Origin: Candidatus Latescibacterota bacterium
Lineage (GTDB): Bacteria > Latescibacterota > CBDEFO01
NCBI GenBank assembly: GCA_965248755.1
Contig: OZ252149.1
Span: 4,256,001-4,320,000, forward strand
DNA: 64,000 bases
Direction of reading: 5' to 3'
The translations under genes and the position numbers were made by a program. Each line of letters begins with the position of its first letter. Positions within the stretch are counted from its first letter, which is position 1. Below the pieces are notes generated by a model. That model saw only the letters and a list, made by a program, of their open reading frames with translations. It was not told the origin of the DNA and did not search any database. Positions 40,114 through 50,691 of the stretch are shown piece after piece.

Positions 40114-41454
40114 ATGCAACTGAGCAGGTATCTACACGAGGGCATCTGGGCGTTTCTGGATAAGTCCCTGCCCCTTATTTACGGCGTCTTTTTTATAGTC
40201 CTTGTGATTCGGACACTGCCTGAGGAGGAATATGGACTCTTTGTTTTAACTTATAATGGCATATTCATCACACTGACGTTAATTAGCAAGACTCTGATAC
40301 TACAGCCGATGATAAAATATGTATCAGAAAAGGATGATACTAAAGCTGTAGTTACCCAAACGATATTTCTCAATTTTGCCATATTAGCGCTCTTTGTGCT
40401 TATCGTTATCCCGTCTTCGCCGATTGTAGCCAGGTTATTCCATTCATCTCGACTTGTTCCCCTTTTGAAGTTTGTGCCCTTTTTGTTAGCAGCCCACTTT
40501 ATGAAGGACATAACCTTGGGACTGCTCACCGCCAAATATCGGATGAAGGAGGTATTTTGTCTTGACGCTGTCTATTTTCTCGGCTCTGCCCTTTTGATGC
40601 TGGTCTATAATCTGATGGGCCGTATGGACAGCGCACAAGACGTGTTGACGATTACGTGTTTTACGGCACTGGCAGCCTCGATAGCAGGGACTTTCCTGTC
40701 GAGGGACCTGTTAAGGCTCGACTGGAAAATAGACTTCAACACTATAAGGACAATTCTTAACTTCGGCAAGTACACTTTGGGTTCGGGCGTTGGAAATATA
40801 CTGCATACTCAGATAGACACCCTTATGATCGGCTACTTTTACGATCCCTTTCAGGTCGCCTTGTACAACGCCGCCAAGATCTTTTTCAAGATATACAATG
40901 TCTTCTCACAGGCAATAAGCATGTTAGTTTTCCCGTTAGTCTCGAAGTTGCACGCAGAGGGCAAGCAAGATGAGATCAAAGCGCTCTTTGAAAAGATGGT
41001 CTGTTTTTATTATATTATTCTGATCCCCTTTAATTTAGTGCTGTTGGTACTTTCAAAAGAGATATTTGAAATTGCCTATGCAGGCAGATATCCTGACTCT
41101 GCTAAGATATTTATAGTTTTAATTATCGGGACGTTCCTAAGCCCATTAGGAACTGTAGGTTCTAACATTATCCTTGGAATCGAAAAGCCCAAGATCAATT
41201 TTAGAATTACCTGGCTTGCGGTAGCCTCCAATGTAATCTTGAATCTTCTATTTATTCCCAGATATGGAGCCTTCGGAGCCGCGGTTGCCACTGTTTTCTC
41301 CATGGGGATCGGTTATATACTTATTGCTGTGTTCACAAAAAGGATAACCGGCGCAACCTTTACAGGTGTCCTTGTAAGAGTGAAAGATGCGGCAAACTTT
41401 GGGAGGGAGATATTGAGTAATGTGCAAAAAAACTTTTCTGGAGAGATACGATAG
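40114..41454 (+). CDS. Wzx-like polysaccharide flippase
   Basis: About 12 TM helices, with EEYG, IDTLMIG and YGAFGAAVAT motifs. Confidence 0.88.
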   Translation: MQLSRYLHEGIWAFLDKSLPLIYGVFFIVLVIRTLPEEEYGLFVLTYNGIFITLTLISKTLILQPMIKYVSEKDDTKAVVTQTIFLNFAILALFVLIVIPSSPIVARLFHSSRLVPLLKFVPFLLAAHFMKDITLGLLTAKYRMKEVFCLDAVYFLGSALLMLVYNLMGRMDSAQDVLTITCFTALAASIAGTFLSRDLLRLDWKIDFNTIRTILNFGKYTLGSGVGNILHTQIDTLMIGYFYDPFQVALYNAAKIFFKIYNVFSQAISMLVFPLVSKLHAEGKQDEIKALFEKMVCFYYIILIPFNLVLLVLSKEIFEIAYAGRYPDSAKIFIVLIIGTFLSPLGTVGSNIILGIEKPKINFRITWLAVASNVILNLLFIPRYGAFGAAVATVFSMGIGYILIAVFTKRITGATFTGVLVRVKDAANFGREILSNVQKNFSGEIR

Positions 41455-41481
41455 GGATTTATCCTGACGGGGAAGTTCCGA

Positions 41482-42141
41482 ATGAAATTTAATCCTTCAT
41501 ATGTGGAAGAACGTCCTGATGTACTTTCACTAATCCGGCCTGGCATAAGAAATTTGCTTGACATTGGCTGTAGTGATGGAACATTTGCCCTGTCTGTGAA
41601 GAATAAATTCAAATCTGTAGAGGTCTTAGGAGTTGAACTTGATCCTTCTATGGCTTCTGTTGCTAAACAAAGATTAGATATGGTTCATATTGCTGATTTA
41701 AACAAGGTTAATCTCAGTAATCTTTTTCCAGAGAAAACATTTGATTGTATAGTAATGGCAGATGTTTTAGAGCACCTTATTGATCCATGGAATATCATCA
41801 AACAAGCTTCATCTCTTTTGGCTGACAATGGAAGGATTGTTACAAGTATCCCAAATGTTCGTCACATTTCTACAGTTATAAGTCTAGTATTGAAAGGGAA
41901 ATGGCCATACAGAAAACGTGGCATTCATGACATGAACCATCTACGATTCTTTACTCATTCAAACATTGTCGAAATGTTTGATAAAGCAGAATTGAAAATA
42001 GTTAGAGAAAAAAGGAATATGAGGATTGTTGAGCGCAGTTTTAAAAAAATAGATATATTTGCTAAGTTATTTGATATTCTAGGATTAAGAGAGTTTTTTA
42101 CAATTCAGTATTTACATGAATGTGTTCTATCTGACGAATAA
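41482..42141 (+). CDS. Class I SAM-dependent methyltransferase
   Basis: LLDIGCSDG, FDCIVMADVLEHL, SIPN and HLRFFT motifs. Confidence 0.9.
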   Translation: MKFNPSYVEERPDVLSLIRPGIRNLLDIGCSDGTFALSVKNKFKSVEVLGVELDPSMASVAKQRLDMVHIADLNKVNLSNLFPEKTFDCIVMADVLEHLIDPWNIIKQASSLLADNGRIVTSIPNVRHISTVISLVLKGKWPYRKRGIHDMNHLRFFTHSNIVEMFDKAELKIVREKRNMRIVERSFKKIDIFAKLFDILGLREFFTIQYLHECVLSDE

Positions 42142-42307
42142 AAGAATCCGTGGTTTTCAGCGGGCTTACAGCGTCTAAGAGAGTAACATCTGGATGGTCA
42201 CTATTCATCATTAGACTCAGGGAATTCGCGATGCTCAAGATCGCTTTCGCCAGGAAACTTATCCAGGGGAACATAACCGTAAGACGCGTTGAAGGAGCAA
42301 AGCCAAG

Positions 42308-43240
42308 ATGGATAGAAGGGTTAGCATCTTTATTCTTAACTACAACGGAAGAGATCTTTTAGAGGAATATCTTCCTTCTGTAATGGAGGCTGTGGAGTAC
42401 GATAGCGGCGGACACGAGATTGTCGTTGTAGACAATCTCAGCACGGATGACAGCGTGGAGTTTGTGGAGAGGAACTTCCCTGGGGTCTGTGTCAAGAGGA
42501 TGGAGGTAAACAGACTGTTCTTTTCTTATAATCGGGTCGTAAAAGAGTGTAAAAACGATTATATTATCCTCCTAAACACCGATGTGAAGGTTGTAGAGCC
42601 CCACTTTGTAAGTCCTCTTTTAAGACATTTTTCTGATCCCGATGTCTTTGCAGTTATGCCCAAGGTCCTATCCGACAATCCTTCAGCAGAGTACCTTTGC
42701 AGATGTCCCGGTGTCTTTTGGCGGGGTTTTCTAAAGGCAGAGAAACGGGAAAAGTTTCCGGGGAGCGGATTTACACTCTTTGCGCTTGGAGGAGCAGCCG
42801 CCTACGACAGAGAGAAGTTTTTGGAACTCGGTGGATTCGATGATATTTATTACCCCGGGTATTCTGAAGACGTGGATATTTCCTATTTAGCGTGGATGAG
42901 AGGATGGAAGATTATCTTTGAACCTGAAAGCGTGGTGTTTCACAAGAAAGGCACTACGTTCAAAAGGACTTATAAAGATGATATGATACAGGCGCAAGAG
43001 GAGAAGGTAGCGATGCTCTTTGTCCTAAAGAATATATCTGATAGAAAGCTATTAGCAAGTTTTCTCTTTTGGTCGGTGCTCAGATTGGGTCAAAGGATTT
43101 TACAAACTAACTACCCTAAAATAAAGGCTTATTGGAATATTATAAAAGATTTACCCAGGATTTTGTCGTCTCGAAACAGGACGAAGGCTTTCAGGAAGAT
43201 TTCAGATAGGGAGATACTTCAAATCATAAGGGATAATTAG
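42308..43240 (+). CDS. GT2 glycosyltransferase
   Basis: LNYNG, VVDNLSTD, LLNTD and GGFD..EDVD motifs. Confidence 0.92.
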   Translation: MDRRVSIFILNYNGRDLLEEYLPSVMEAVEYDSGGHEIVVVDNLSTDDSVEFVERNFPGVCVKRMEVNRLFFSYNRVVKECKNDYIILLNTDVKVVEPHFVSPLLRHFSDPDVFAVMPKVLSDNPSAEYLCRCPGVFWRGFLKAEKREKFPGSGFTLFALGGAAAYDREKFLELGGFDDIYYPGYSEDVDISYLAWMRGWKIIFEPESVVFHKKGTTFKRTYKDDMIQAQEEKVAMLFVLKNISDRKLLASFLFWSVLRLGQRILQTNYPKIKAYWNIIKDLPRILSSRNRTKAFRKISDREILQIIRDN

Positions 43241-43397
43241 TTTGAACGCTTGCAGGGGAGCATTTCATAGTCAGCCGGAAGTTCCTTGGAAGAGATAGTT
43301 TCTATGGCAGAGGAACTGTAGGTCCTGCCGGGGAAGACAGTGCGGTTCAGCTCCTTGCAGAATATAAAAAACTGTGTAAGGAGAAAAGGGAACAAAA

Positions 43398-44489
43398 TTG
43401 AAGATCATCTTATCAGCAGGGGTTCGACCTAAGTTTATGAAGGTTGCACCGCTTGTGGAGGAGATTAGGAAGTTTCCGGAGAATCTTCAGGCTTCTCTCA
43501 TTCACACAGGATAGCACTACGATGATCCAATGTCCAGGGTGTTCTTCTGTGATCTGAAACTTCCCAAACCGGACAGATATTTGAACGTGGGATCGGGAAC
43601 TCACGCAGTCCAGACGGCCGGAGTGATGGTGGTATTTGAGCAGGTACTTTTAGAGGAAATGCCAGATTTAGTAATAGTGGTGGGAGATGTGAACTCGACT
43701 TTAGGGTGCGCACTTATCGCCGCCAAACTGGGCATTAAGCTGGCGCACGTGGAAGCAGGACTGCGCAGTTGGGACCGCACGATGCCTGAGGAGATTAATC
43801 GGGTTGTGACCGACTTAATTTCGGATCTACTGTTCACACCTTCGGAGCATGCAGACGAGAACCTACTCCACGAGGGGATACCCCAAGAGAAGATATTTTT
43901 CGTGGGGAATATAATGGTCGATTCTCTGCTTAGATCTAAGCGGATAGCGTTAAGATCCAAGATCCTGGAAGAGATAGGTTCAGCAGAAGACAACTACTGT
44001 CTGGTGACGCTGCACCGTCCATCTAACGTCGATGTAAAGGGGGTCCTATCTGGAATCATCAATGCATTAGACAAGATTCAGGAGCAGATTAAGGTAGTCT
44101 TTCCCGCTCATCCCAGGACGCAAAAGATGCTCCGGGACTTTGAACTGCTCAGAGTCTTGGAGGGTATGGATAATCTGACTTTGATAGAACCCTTAGGCTA
44201 TCTGGATTTCTTGAAGCTTGAGATATGCGCAGAGGTAGTGTTGACCGATTCCGGTGGGATACAAGCGGAGACGACAGTTTTAGGGGTGCCGTGTCTAACT
44301 TTGAGGGAGAATACGGAAAGCCCCACGACTGTCGAGATCGGGACAAATCTGGTCGTGGGAAACCGAGAAGATGATATCGTGGTTGCAGTATATAAGGTTC
44401 TACAAAGTAAGGGTAAAAAGTGGAGCATTACAAAATTCTGGGATGGTCGAACATCAGAGCGGATCGTCAGGATATTGAAAGGTATTTAA
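43398..44489 (+). pseudogene. wecB: UDP-N-acetylglucosamine 2-epimerase with a nonsense mutation
   Basis: TTG 43398 gives MKIILSAGVRPKFMKVAP...HTG*HYD, with TAG at 43512 where Gln is conserved. GDVNST, HVEAGLRS and TDSGG are present, while other motifs have drifted (GGIQAE, TESP). Confidence 0.88.
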
Positions 44490-44547
44490 GCCTGATTTAA
44501 GTGCGCCGTTATCCAATGCACAAGATCGATACCGTCAGCATTAACAG

Positions 44548-45708
44548 GTGACAAGACAGATGTTAAAACTTGTGGTCTTTTCGGAGATCAAGTGGAGTTA
44601 CCTAAAAACTCGCAAACAACAGATCATAAGTCGATTTCCAAAAGATTGGCGCATACTTTTCATTGAGCCTTTTGTCCTCGGCACACGCAATCAGTTCTTG
44701 CCAAAAAAGACACAAAACGTCATACACGCAACAGTCCCGTTTTTCAAAATCGTTCCGGAGGGGGTTGTACGAAGAACATTAGATGAGAGAATCGCCAGAG
44801 CTATTATCAGTACTTTAGTCTTTTTATGGGTAAAAGCGATCTTCTTATTAACCGGCTTCACCGGAAAAAAGAGGGTCTTTTTCGTATCTAATATATACTA
44901 CTCTTATGTTGTGCAAAGGCTTGCCAAAGCTCTCGTGCTATACGACTGCAACGACAATCCTTTAGCATTTCCCGGCACTCCCGGGTGGGCTGAAGGTTAT
45001 TTTCATAAACTCAGTCGGCTCTCCGACGTGATATTTTACTCCGCTGTGGAGCTCAGCAAAAAGGTAGATTCTTGCCAAAGGCACAAGACAGTTTTCATCG
45101 GCAACGGAGTCGATTTCGAACTCTTTCAAGGAGAGCTAGTACACGACGAAGGGGCCCTGGAACTTAATCGCATTTCTGGGACGATTATCGCTTATGTTGG
45201 AGCTATCGATAGTCGGATGGATTTCCAGTTATTGGCTAAGATCGCCTCTGCATATCCGTCTGCTTCGATGGTATTCATAGGCCCGGTGGCTCCCAAGGTA
45301 TCCGAAGAAGTCCAAGAGCTGAAGGAATACCCCAATATTTTTCTTTTAGGCACGAAGGTGCACGATGTTCTACCGTCGTATTTGAAAAGGGCTAAGGTAT
45401 GTATTATCCCATTTGTAAAAAATGAGCTTACCGCCTCAGTAAATCCGGATAAGCTATATGAGTACTTAGCGGCAGGAAAGCCTGTAGTGACGTTGGATTT
45501 TTCCCCTGAAGTGTCTCAATACAGTGAGATCATTTATGTAGCTTGTGACCACGAAGATTTTACCAAGAAGGTGGGCCTGGCTCTAAGTAAGGAGCATGAT
45601 ACGGAGAAAATGAAGGCTATAGCCCGGGCAAACGATTGGAGTCAGAAGGCAAAGCAGATGATAGCTATTATTGACGAGTGCCTTAATAATAAGAAAGATT
45701 GCTCGTAG
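44548..45708 (+). CDS. GT-B (GT4-like, TuaH-type) glycosyltransferase
   Basis: RKQQI, YDCND, NGVDF and NPDKLYEYLAAGKPVV motifs. Confidence 0.88.
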   Translation: MTRQMLKLVVFSEIKWSYLKTRKQQIISRFPKDWRILFIEPFVLGTRNQFLPKKTQNVIHATVPFFKIVPEGVVRRTLDERIARAIISTLVFLWVKAIFLLTGFTGKKRVFFVSNIYYSYVVQRLAKALVLYDCNDNPLAFPGTPGWAEGYFHKLSRLSDVIFYSAVELSKKVDSCQRHKTVFIGNGVDFELFQGELVHDEGALELNRISGTIIAYVGAIDSRMDFQLLAKIASAYPSASMVFIGPVAPKVSEEVQELKEYPNIFLLGTKVHDVLPSYLKRAKVCIIPFVKNELTASVNPDKLYEYLAAGKPVVTLDFSPEVSQYSEIIYVACDHEDFTKKVGLALSKEHDTEKMKAIARANDWSQKAKQMIAIIDECLNNKKDCS

Positions 45709-45808
45709 GCGATACACTGCTCCCCATCCTCAAAGAGAGTTTCACTGGGAACTTGTCTCCTTGTGTCTTAGCTTCTTCACTGTACCATCCCCAAAGTGTT
45801 GAACACAG

Positions 45809-46030
45809 TTGACAGCTTGCCTGAAAGAATATTACACCATACTGTTCCCCGTGGAATGCATGGGATTTAATTCTGCCCCTGAGGTTACCGCCAAAGTGTT
45901 AAAGAGGGGATATAAAATCTACGAAGTACCGATTTCATACGGTCCGAGAGGAAAAGAAAAGGGCAAGAAGCTACGCTGGAACGTCGGCTTAAAGGCTATT
46001 TGTACTCTGATAAAATATCGTTTTCTGTAA
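45809..46030 (+). pseudogene. C-terminal fragment of a DPM-synthase-like GT2
   Basis: PEVTAKVLKRGYKIYEVPISYGPR...GKKL.W..G..A..TLIKYRF; the N-terminus is missing. Confidence 0.75.
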
Positions 46031-46114
46031 GGTTTTTATCAGGAGGAGGTTGTCATTAATTCCAAAAGACAAAAAAGGGCCCAAAAAAGGAAACCGAGCG
46101 CAGGGGAGCCCAAA

Positions 46115-48592
46115 ATGTCAGCCTTCGTATTCTCCGAAAGAGGAAAAGAACTGATAGCGTGCTGTTTAATATTCGTATTAGTCCTGATATTGTTTCGCGA
46201 AGTGATCTTTCAGAATAAGAGCTTTGTCGTTCCGGACAGCAAGGCTCCCGCCGCTTTGACGGCACCTATGAGCGAGTCGTTGAACAACGATGGTATCTAT
46301 CCGCTCTGGCATCCCTATATCTTCAGCGGTATGCCCTCCTTTGCAAGTCTGATATACAACCCCTATGTCTATGTACTCGGTGCCCTTATGTCTATATTCA
46401 ATTTTGTTCTGCCTCCACTGAGCTGGCTTTGGATACACTATTTTCTGGCTGGATTTTTTACATTTATCTTGATGAGGTCGAAGAAGATAAGCATTTCGGG
46501 AGCTCTCCTTTCGGCAGTGACCTTTACCTTCACGCCGTACTTGGTGGCTATGGGGACGTTCGGGCACGGGAGCCAGATGATGACAGCTGCATATATACCC
46601 TTGGCTTTTTGGGCAGTCGACAGGCTCCTCGAAAAGAGGAGCATCCTGTATATCGCCTTGACGGCGTTAGCGCTCGGCCTTCAACTGCAAAGAGGTCACG
46701 TCCAGATTGCGTACTACACCTGGATGATGCTCGGCCTCTACTTTGTCTATTTTTCGTACTTGAGGCTTCGATCCGGAGCATCGGCTACGGACGTCTTGAA
46801 AACTGGCGGACTTTTAGCCATAGCCCTGGTATGGGCGTTTGCCTTAGCCTCTGTCCTCTACCTGCCCGTTTACAACTATACTCCCTATTCCATACGGGGC
46901 GGCGGTTCAGAAGGTGGCGTGGGATTCGAATATGCCACTGGTTGGTCGTTTCATCCTAAGGAGATGCTGACCTTCTTGGTGCCCTCTTTCTTCGGCTTCG
47001 GCGGCATTACCTACTGGGGAAAGATGCCCTTCACCGATTTCCCCAACTATATGGGCCTAATCCCGCTTTTTCTTGCAATCTTAGCGCTGATCTGGAGGAG
47101 GAACAAGACTACCGTCTTTTTCGGAATCCTCATATTCGTCTCACTTTTGGCATCCTTCGGCAGACATTTTTTCTTCTACCAGTTCCTCTACGACTTTCTG
47201 CCCTTCTTCAAAAAGTTCCGCGTGCCCGTCATGATCCTTATAATGGTTCAATTTTCCGTCGCCGTGATGGCGGGCTATGGGCTGGACAATCTGATTAGAT
47301 TTTCCCGGGAAAAGATGGAAAAAACTACAAGCGAAAAGATTAAGAGGCTCACAAAGCGCCTCGCCATCGCCATCGGAGTCCTGATAGCCGCAGGCTTGAT
47401 CCTGAGCCTTGGAAAGAAGTCGTTTTTCGGGACAATGTCAGAGATATATCCCCAAAGTGCCAGATACACCATTTTGGAACTTAATCAGATGAGATTCGAC
47501 ATGTTCTATAAGGATACCTGGAAGATGATATTTCTCTTTGCTATCGGGGGCGGCATAACTATCGGACTTTTAAAAAGATATGTAAGGCCTCATCTTTTCG
47601 GAATAGCTCTCCTTTTTCTGGCGACAGCAGACCTGTGGTTGGTAGACTTTAAGCTCATTCGTCCCTCTGGGCGGGGAGAGATGAACCGGTATTTAGCTCA
47701 GGATGAGACGATAGAGTTCATAAAAAGGGATGAGGACATCTTTCGAATATTCCCTGTAGGCAGGCTCTTTTCGGATAACAAATGGGCCGCACATCGCATC
47801 TTTTCTATCGGGGGATACCACGCGGCCAAGTTGAAGATATATCAGGAATTTTTGAGCGAGCAAGGCATCCCCGAGGGATTCCTTGCGAAGTACCTGAAGC
47901 CCTCTCGTACCACCGAGCAGGGCTACGTCCTGAAGGATATAGACGAAGTTTCACTCAAAGATCGCCGCGCCCACTCTGCGGCTCTGGACATGCTGAATGT
48001 CAAATACGTCGTCTCTCCATATCCTATCCCCGATCCACAGTACAGGTTAGTGGCACAGAAGAAGGGCTATATAGACCGACATGAAACTTCACTGAACATC
48101 TATCAAAAGCAGAGTGTGCTCCCGAGAACCTTTCTTGTCGGGAAAGTCAAAGTCGTCCCAGACGAAAACAAAATCCTGGATGAGATGAGATCCGGGGCGT
48201 TCGACCCCCACGAGTATGCCCTTTTGGAGGAAGTTCCCGAGTTTGAACCTGAAAGTGTCGAAAGCAGCTTTGCAAGGATCACAGATTATGGAATTCATAA
48301 CATAAAGCTTGAGGCTTCCAACCTCAAGCCCTGTCTTTTGGTCTTAAGTGAGATATATTATCCTGAAGGTTGGAAAGCTCGTCTGGATGGGGAAGAGGTA
48401 AAAATATACAAGACTAACTACCTGCTCAGGTCAATCCTCCTTCCTCCCGGTGATCACAGGGTTGAGTTTGTCTTCGATCCCTGGGATTTTAAGTTGGGGC
48501 TTTGGATAAGCGTTGGGGCATGGGCACTGCTGATAGGCTTACTTTCTCTGAAAGGGGTACGATATTATCGTGCAGAAAGAGGACAAAAGTAG
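46115..48592 (+). CDS. YfhO-family GT-C membrane protein
   Basis: PLWHPYIFSGMP, KFRVP, LNVKY and SEIYYPEGWKA motifs. The true start may be ATT at 46055. Confidence 0.9.
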   Translation: MSAFVFSERGKELIACCLIFVLVLILFREVIFQNKSFVVPDSKAPAALTAPMSESLNNDGIYPLWHPYIFSGMPSFASLIYNPYVYVLGALMSIFNFVLPPLSWLWIHYFLAGFFTFILMRSKKISISGALLSAVTFTFTPYLVAMGTFGHGSQMMTAAYIPLAFWAVDRLLEKRSILYIALTALALGLQLQRGHVQIAYYTWMMLGLYFVYFSYLRLRSGASATDVLKTGGLLAIALVWAFALASVLYLPVYNYTPYSIRGGGSEGGVGFEYATGWSFHPKEMLTFLVPSFFGFGGITYWGKMPFTDFPNYMGLIPLFLAILALIWRRNKTTVFFGILIFVSLLASFGRHFFFYQFLYDFLPFFKKFRVPVMILIMVQFSVAVMAGYGLDNLIRFSREKMEKTTSEKIKRLTKRLAIAIGVLIAAGLILSLGKKSFFGTMSEIYPQSARYTILELNQMRFDMFYKDTWKMIFLFAIGGGITIGLLKRYVRPHLFGIALLFLATADLWLVDFKLIRPSGRGEMNRYLAQDETIEFIKRDEDIFRIFPVGRLFSDNKWAAHRIFSIGGYHAAKLKIYQEFLSEQGIPEGFLAKYLKPSRTTEQGYVLKDIDEVSLKDRRAHSAALDMLNVKYVVSPYPIPDPQYRLVAQKKGYIDRHETSLNIYQKQSVLPRTFLVGKVKVVPDENKILDEMRSGAFDPHEYALLEEVPEFEPESVESSFARITDYGIHNIKLEASNLKPCLLVLSEIYYPEGWKARLDGEEVKIYKTNYLLRSILLPPGDHRVEFVFDPWDFKLGLWISVGAWALLIGLLSLKGVRYYRAERGQK

Positions 48593-49538
48593 AGCTGAAG
48601 ACGCGAAAAGAAAGAGCTTTTTTTCGATTGTGATCCCCCTCTTGAACGAGAGACCAAGCCTCAAAGAGCTCTTTTTCAGGATCAAGAGCGTAATGGGGGA
48701 GGTGGAGAAAGGATACGAGGTAATCTTTATAGACGACGGGAGCACGGACGGCTCGTTTGAGATCTTAGAGGAATTGAAAAAAGATAACAAAGAGGTGGTA
48801 GCGATTCAGTTCAGAAGGAACTGCGGGAAAGCTGCCGCTCTATCTGCGGGATTTGAACAGGCACAGGGCGAGGTTATCGTAACGATGGACGCCGATCTTC
48901 AGGACGATCCTGAGGAGATACCCAATGTCATACAGAAGATAAACGAGGGTTATGACATCGTCTCCGGATGGAAGAAAGAGAGGAAGGACCCTATAGGGAA
49001 GCGGCTCTCCTCCAAGGTCTTCAACTTCGTCACTTCGCTTGTCACAGGTGTGCATCTCCACGACATCAACTGTGGGCTTAAGGCCTACAGATGGGAAGTG
49101 GCAAAGGACATCACTCTTTACGGAGAACTCCACAGGTACGTCCCTGTCCTCGCCTACTGGAAGGGGTACAAAGTAGGAGAACTCGCCGTGGTGCATCACC
49201 CCCGAAAGTTCGGAAAGAGCAAATACGGAGTAAAGAGGTTTCTAAGCGGTTTCTTCGATCTTTTGACGGTTATGATGATAACCAGATACCTTACAAAGCC
49301 CCTGCACCTCTTCGGCACAGTTGGAGTCATACTCACACTGGCAGGAACGGCCATAAACTCATATCTTACGTACCACAAACTCACAACCGGTTCACTCGGT
49401 GGACGTTATCCACTTTTGATGTTGGGAATCCTTTTGATGATAGTAGGCATACAATTTGTCTCAACTGGACTCCTTGCTGAGATAATGACGACCTCGATGG
49501 GAAAAGAGAAATACCCCATCAGAAAGATATTGGAGTAG
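48570..49538 (+). CDS. GT2 polyprenyl-phosphate glycosyltransferase (ArnC/GtrB-like)
   Basis: IDDGSTD, MDADLQDDP, DINCGLKAY and HRYVP motifs, with two C-terminal TM helices. Confidence 0.92.
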   Translation: MQKEDKSRAEDAKRKSFFSIVIPLLNERPSLKELFFRIKSVMGEVEKGYEVIFIDDGSTDGSFEILEELKKDNKEVVAIQFRRNCGKAAALSAGFEQAQGEVIVTMDADLQDDPEEIPNVIQKINEGYDIVSGWKKERKDPIGKRLSSKVFNFVTSLVTGVHLHDINCGLKAYRWEVAKDITLYGELHRYVPVLAYWKGYKVGELAVVHHPRKFGKSKYGVKRFLSGFFDLLTVMMITRYLTKPLHLFGTVGVILTLAGTAINSYLTYHKLTTGSLGGRYPLLMLGILLMIVGIQFVSTGLLAEIMTTSMGKEKYPIRKILE

Positions 49539-49614
49539 GACATTAGGCTTAAAGACGTATGTAAAGTTAAAGTTGCCGAAGATTCTTACTTCCAGACTCC
49601 CCATCCGTGTCCTG

Positions 49615-50316
49615 TTACGCAGCTTCTTTTTTCCCTTCGTCTTTTTTCGCTTTTCTGGCCTCTATTTCCTCTTTGAGATGGTCTATCATACGGGACGCCT
49701 TTCTCATTATTGGATTGTCCTTGAGGAAATTACGTGCTTTTTGTCGTTCCTCCTCTGTGAAGACTTCCTCTTCGACGAGCTTGGATATGAGGTCTTTTTG
49801 CTCTTTGGAGGCAGTTTTCCCGTTCCCGTTGCTTCCGAACCCACCGTTTCTCGTGCCTGTATGTTCCCGGGGAGGCTCCTTTATCTCATCCACAGAGCAC
49901 ATTCCTGTGGCGGTCGCCAACCGCATAGCCCTGTTGGTAGCTCTCCTTGTCGCCATTTCGATCGGATATTCTGGGAACTTTACAAAGCCCTTCAGGTTAT
50001 GAGGGCTCGCCGTGCCGTAATCTACGAAGGGCTTTTCGAATCCTTCGACCCAGACTTCCCCTTTCATGACAACGAGGGGATCTCCCTCCTTGAGAGCTAT
50101 CATCGCCCTCAGGAGTCTGTACTCCTCAACTGAGGGGGGGAGTGCCTGAACAGCGAATCTTCCTGCTCCGTACTTCTGCAGCATCTTATACTGGAGGCCC
50201 GCTCCGGTTATGTAAGGTTCACCATCTATAAATACCACAAATTCCTCAACCTTTTGGATAGGGAAGCGCTCAGAATCTGCGATCTCTTTTTGCATCTCTT
50301 TCAATGTCTTTTCCAT
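49615..50316 (-). CDS. Hypothetical protein, possible Rad52/RecT-type single-strand annealing protein
   Basis: GEPYITGAGL and YGTA...EMATRRATNRAMRLA motifs, a flexible linker, and an ASKEQ...ASRMIDHLK C-terminal module. GGAGG RBS. Confidence 0.6.
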   Translation of the reverse strand: MEKTLKEMQKEIADSERFPIQKVEEFVVFIDGEPYITGAGLQYKMLQKYGAGRFAVQALPPSVEEYRLLRAMIALKEGDPLVVMKGEVWVEGFEKPFVDYGTASPHNLKGFVKFPEYPIEMATRRATNRAMRLATATGMCSVDEIKEPPREHTGTRNGGFGSNGNGKTASKEQKDLISKLVEEEVFTEEERQKARNFLKDNPIMRKASRMIDHLKEEIEARKAKKDEGKKEAA

Positions 50317-50363
50317 CTGAAACCTCCACTCTAAAATAATAATCTAAAGGAACAATTCCCGAA

Positions 50364-50408
50364 TAGTGTCGACACTACGAATATACTGTACATTAGTGTA
50401 TTTGTCAA
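50364..50408 (-). promoter_or_regulatory. Sigma70-like promoter with palindromic operator
   Basis: TTGACA(50408-50403)-17 bp-TATATT(50385-50380), and a perfect palindrome TAGTGTCGACACTA at 50364-50377. Confidence 0.65.
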
Positions 50409-50691
50409 GGAAAAAATAAAGATTTTTCCAGATATTTAAAAAAAATGGAACGATCATCCGTAACGGTTTCTTGATGCTTAATTTTGTGGAACTGATAGGG
50501 CTATAAATACGGACTAAATCAGCTTGTAAAACCCTTACGAGATTTTGCATAGGTTTTGATTTTACTTGATTTCTGCGCATCAGATGAATATATTATCGAT
50601 GTGCTCTTTGGACGTATTTCGTTTGTGGAAGAATAGAGTTGATCTGTCATCGGTGCACTGATAGAATCCAGGTAAGTGGGAGAAAAGGTGA

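Noticed and set aside
11863..43514. In-frame stops as evidence of stop-codon recoding, selenocysteine or pyrrolysine
   Set aside because: The stops are of all three types (TGA at a likely Gly, TAG at Gln, TAA). They co-occur with frameshifts or motif decay, and all three codons terminate intact housekeeping genes in this window.
49573..50133. Plus-strand ORFs overlapping the 49615-50316 gene, and similar antisense ORFs throughout the window
   Set aside because: They are shadows of better-supported genes on the opposite strand and have no motifs or RBS.
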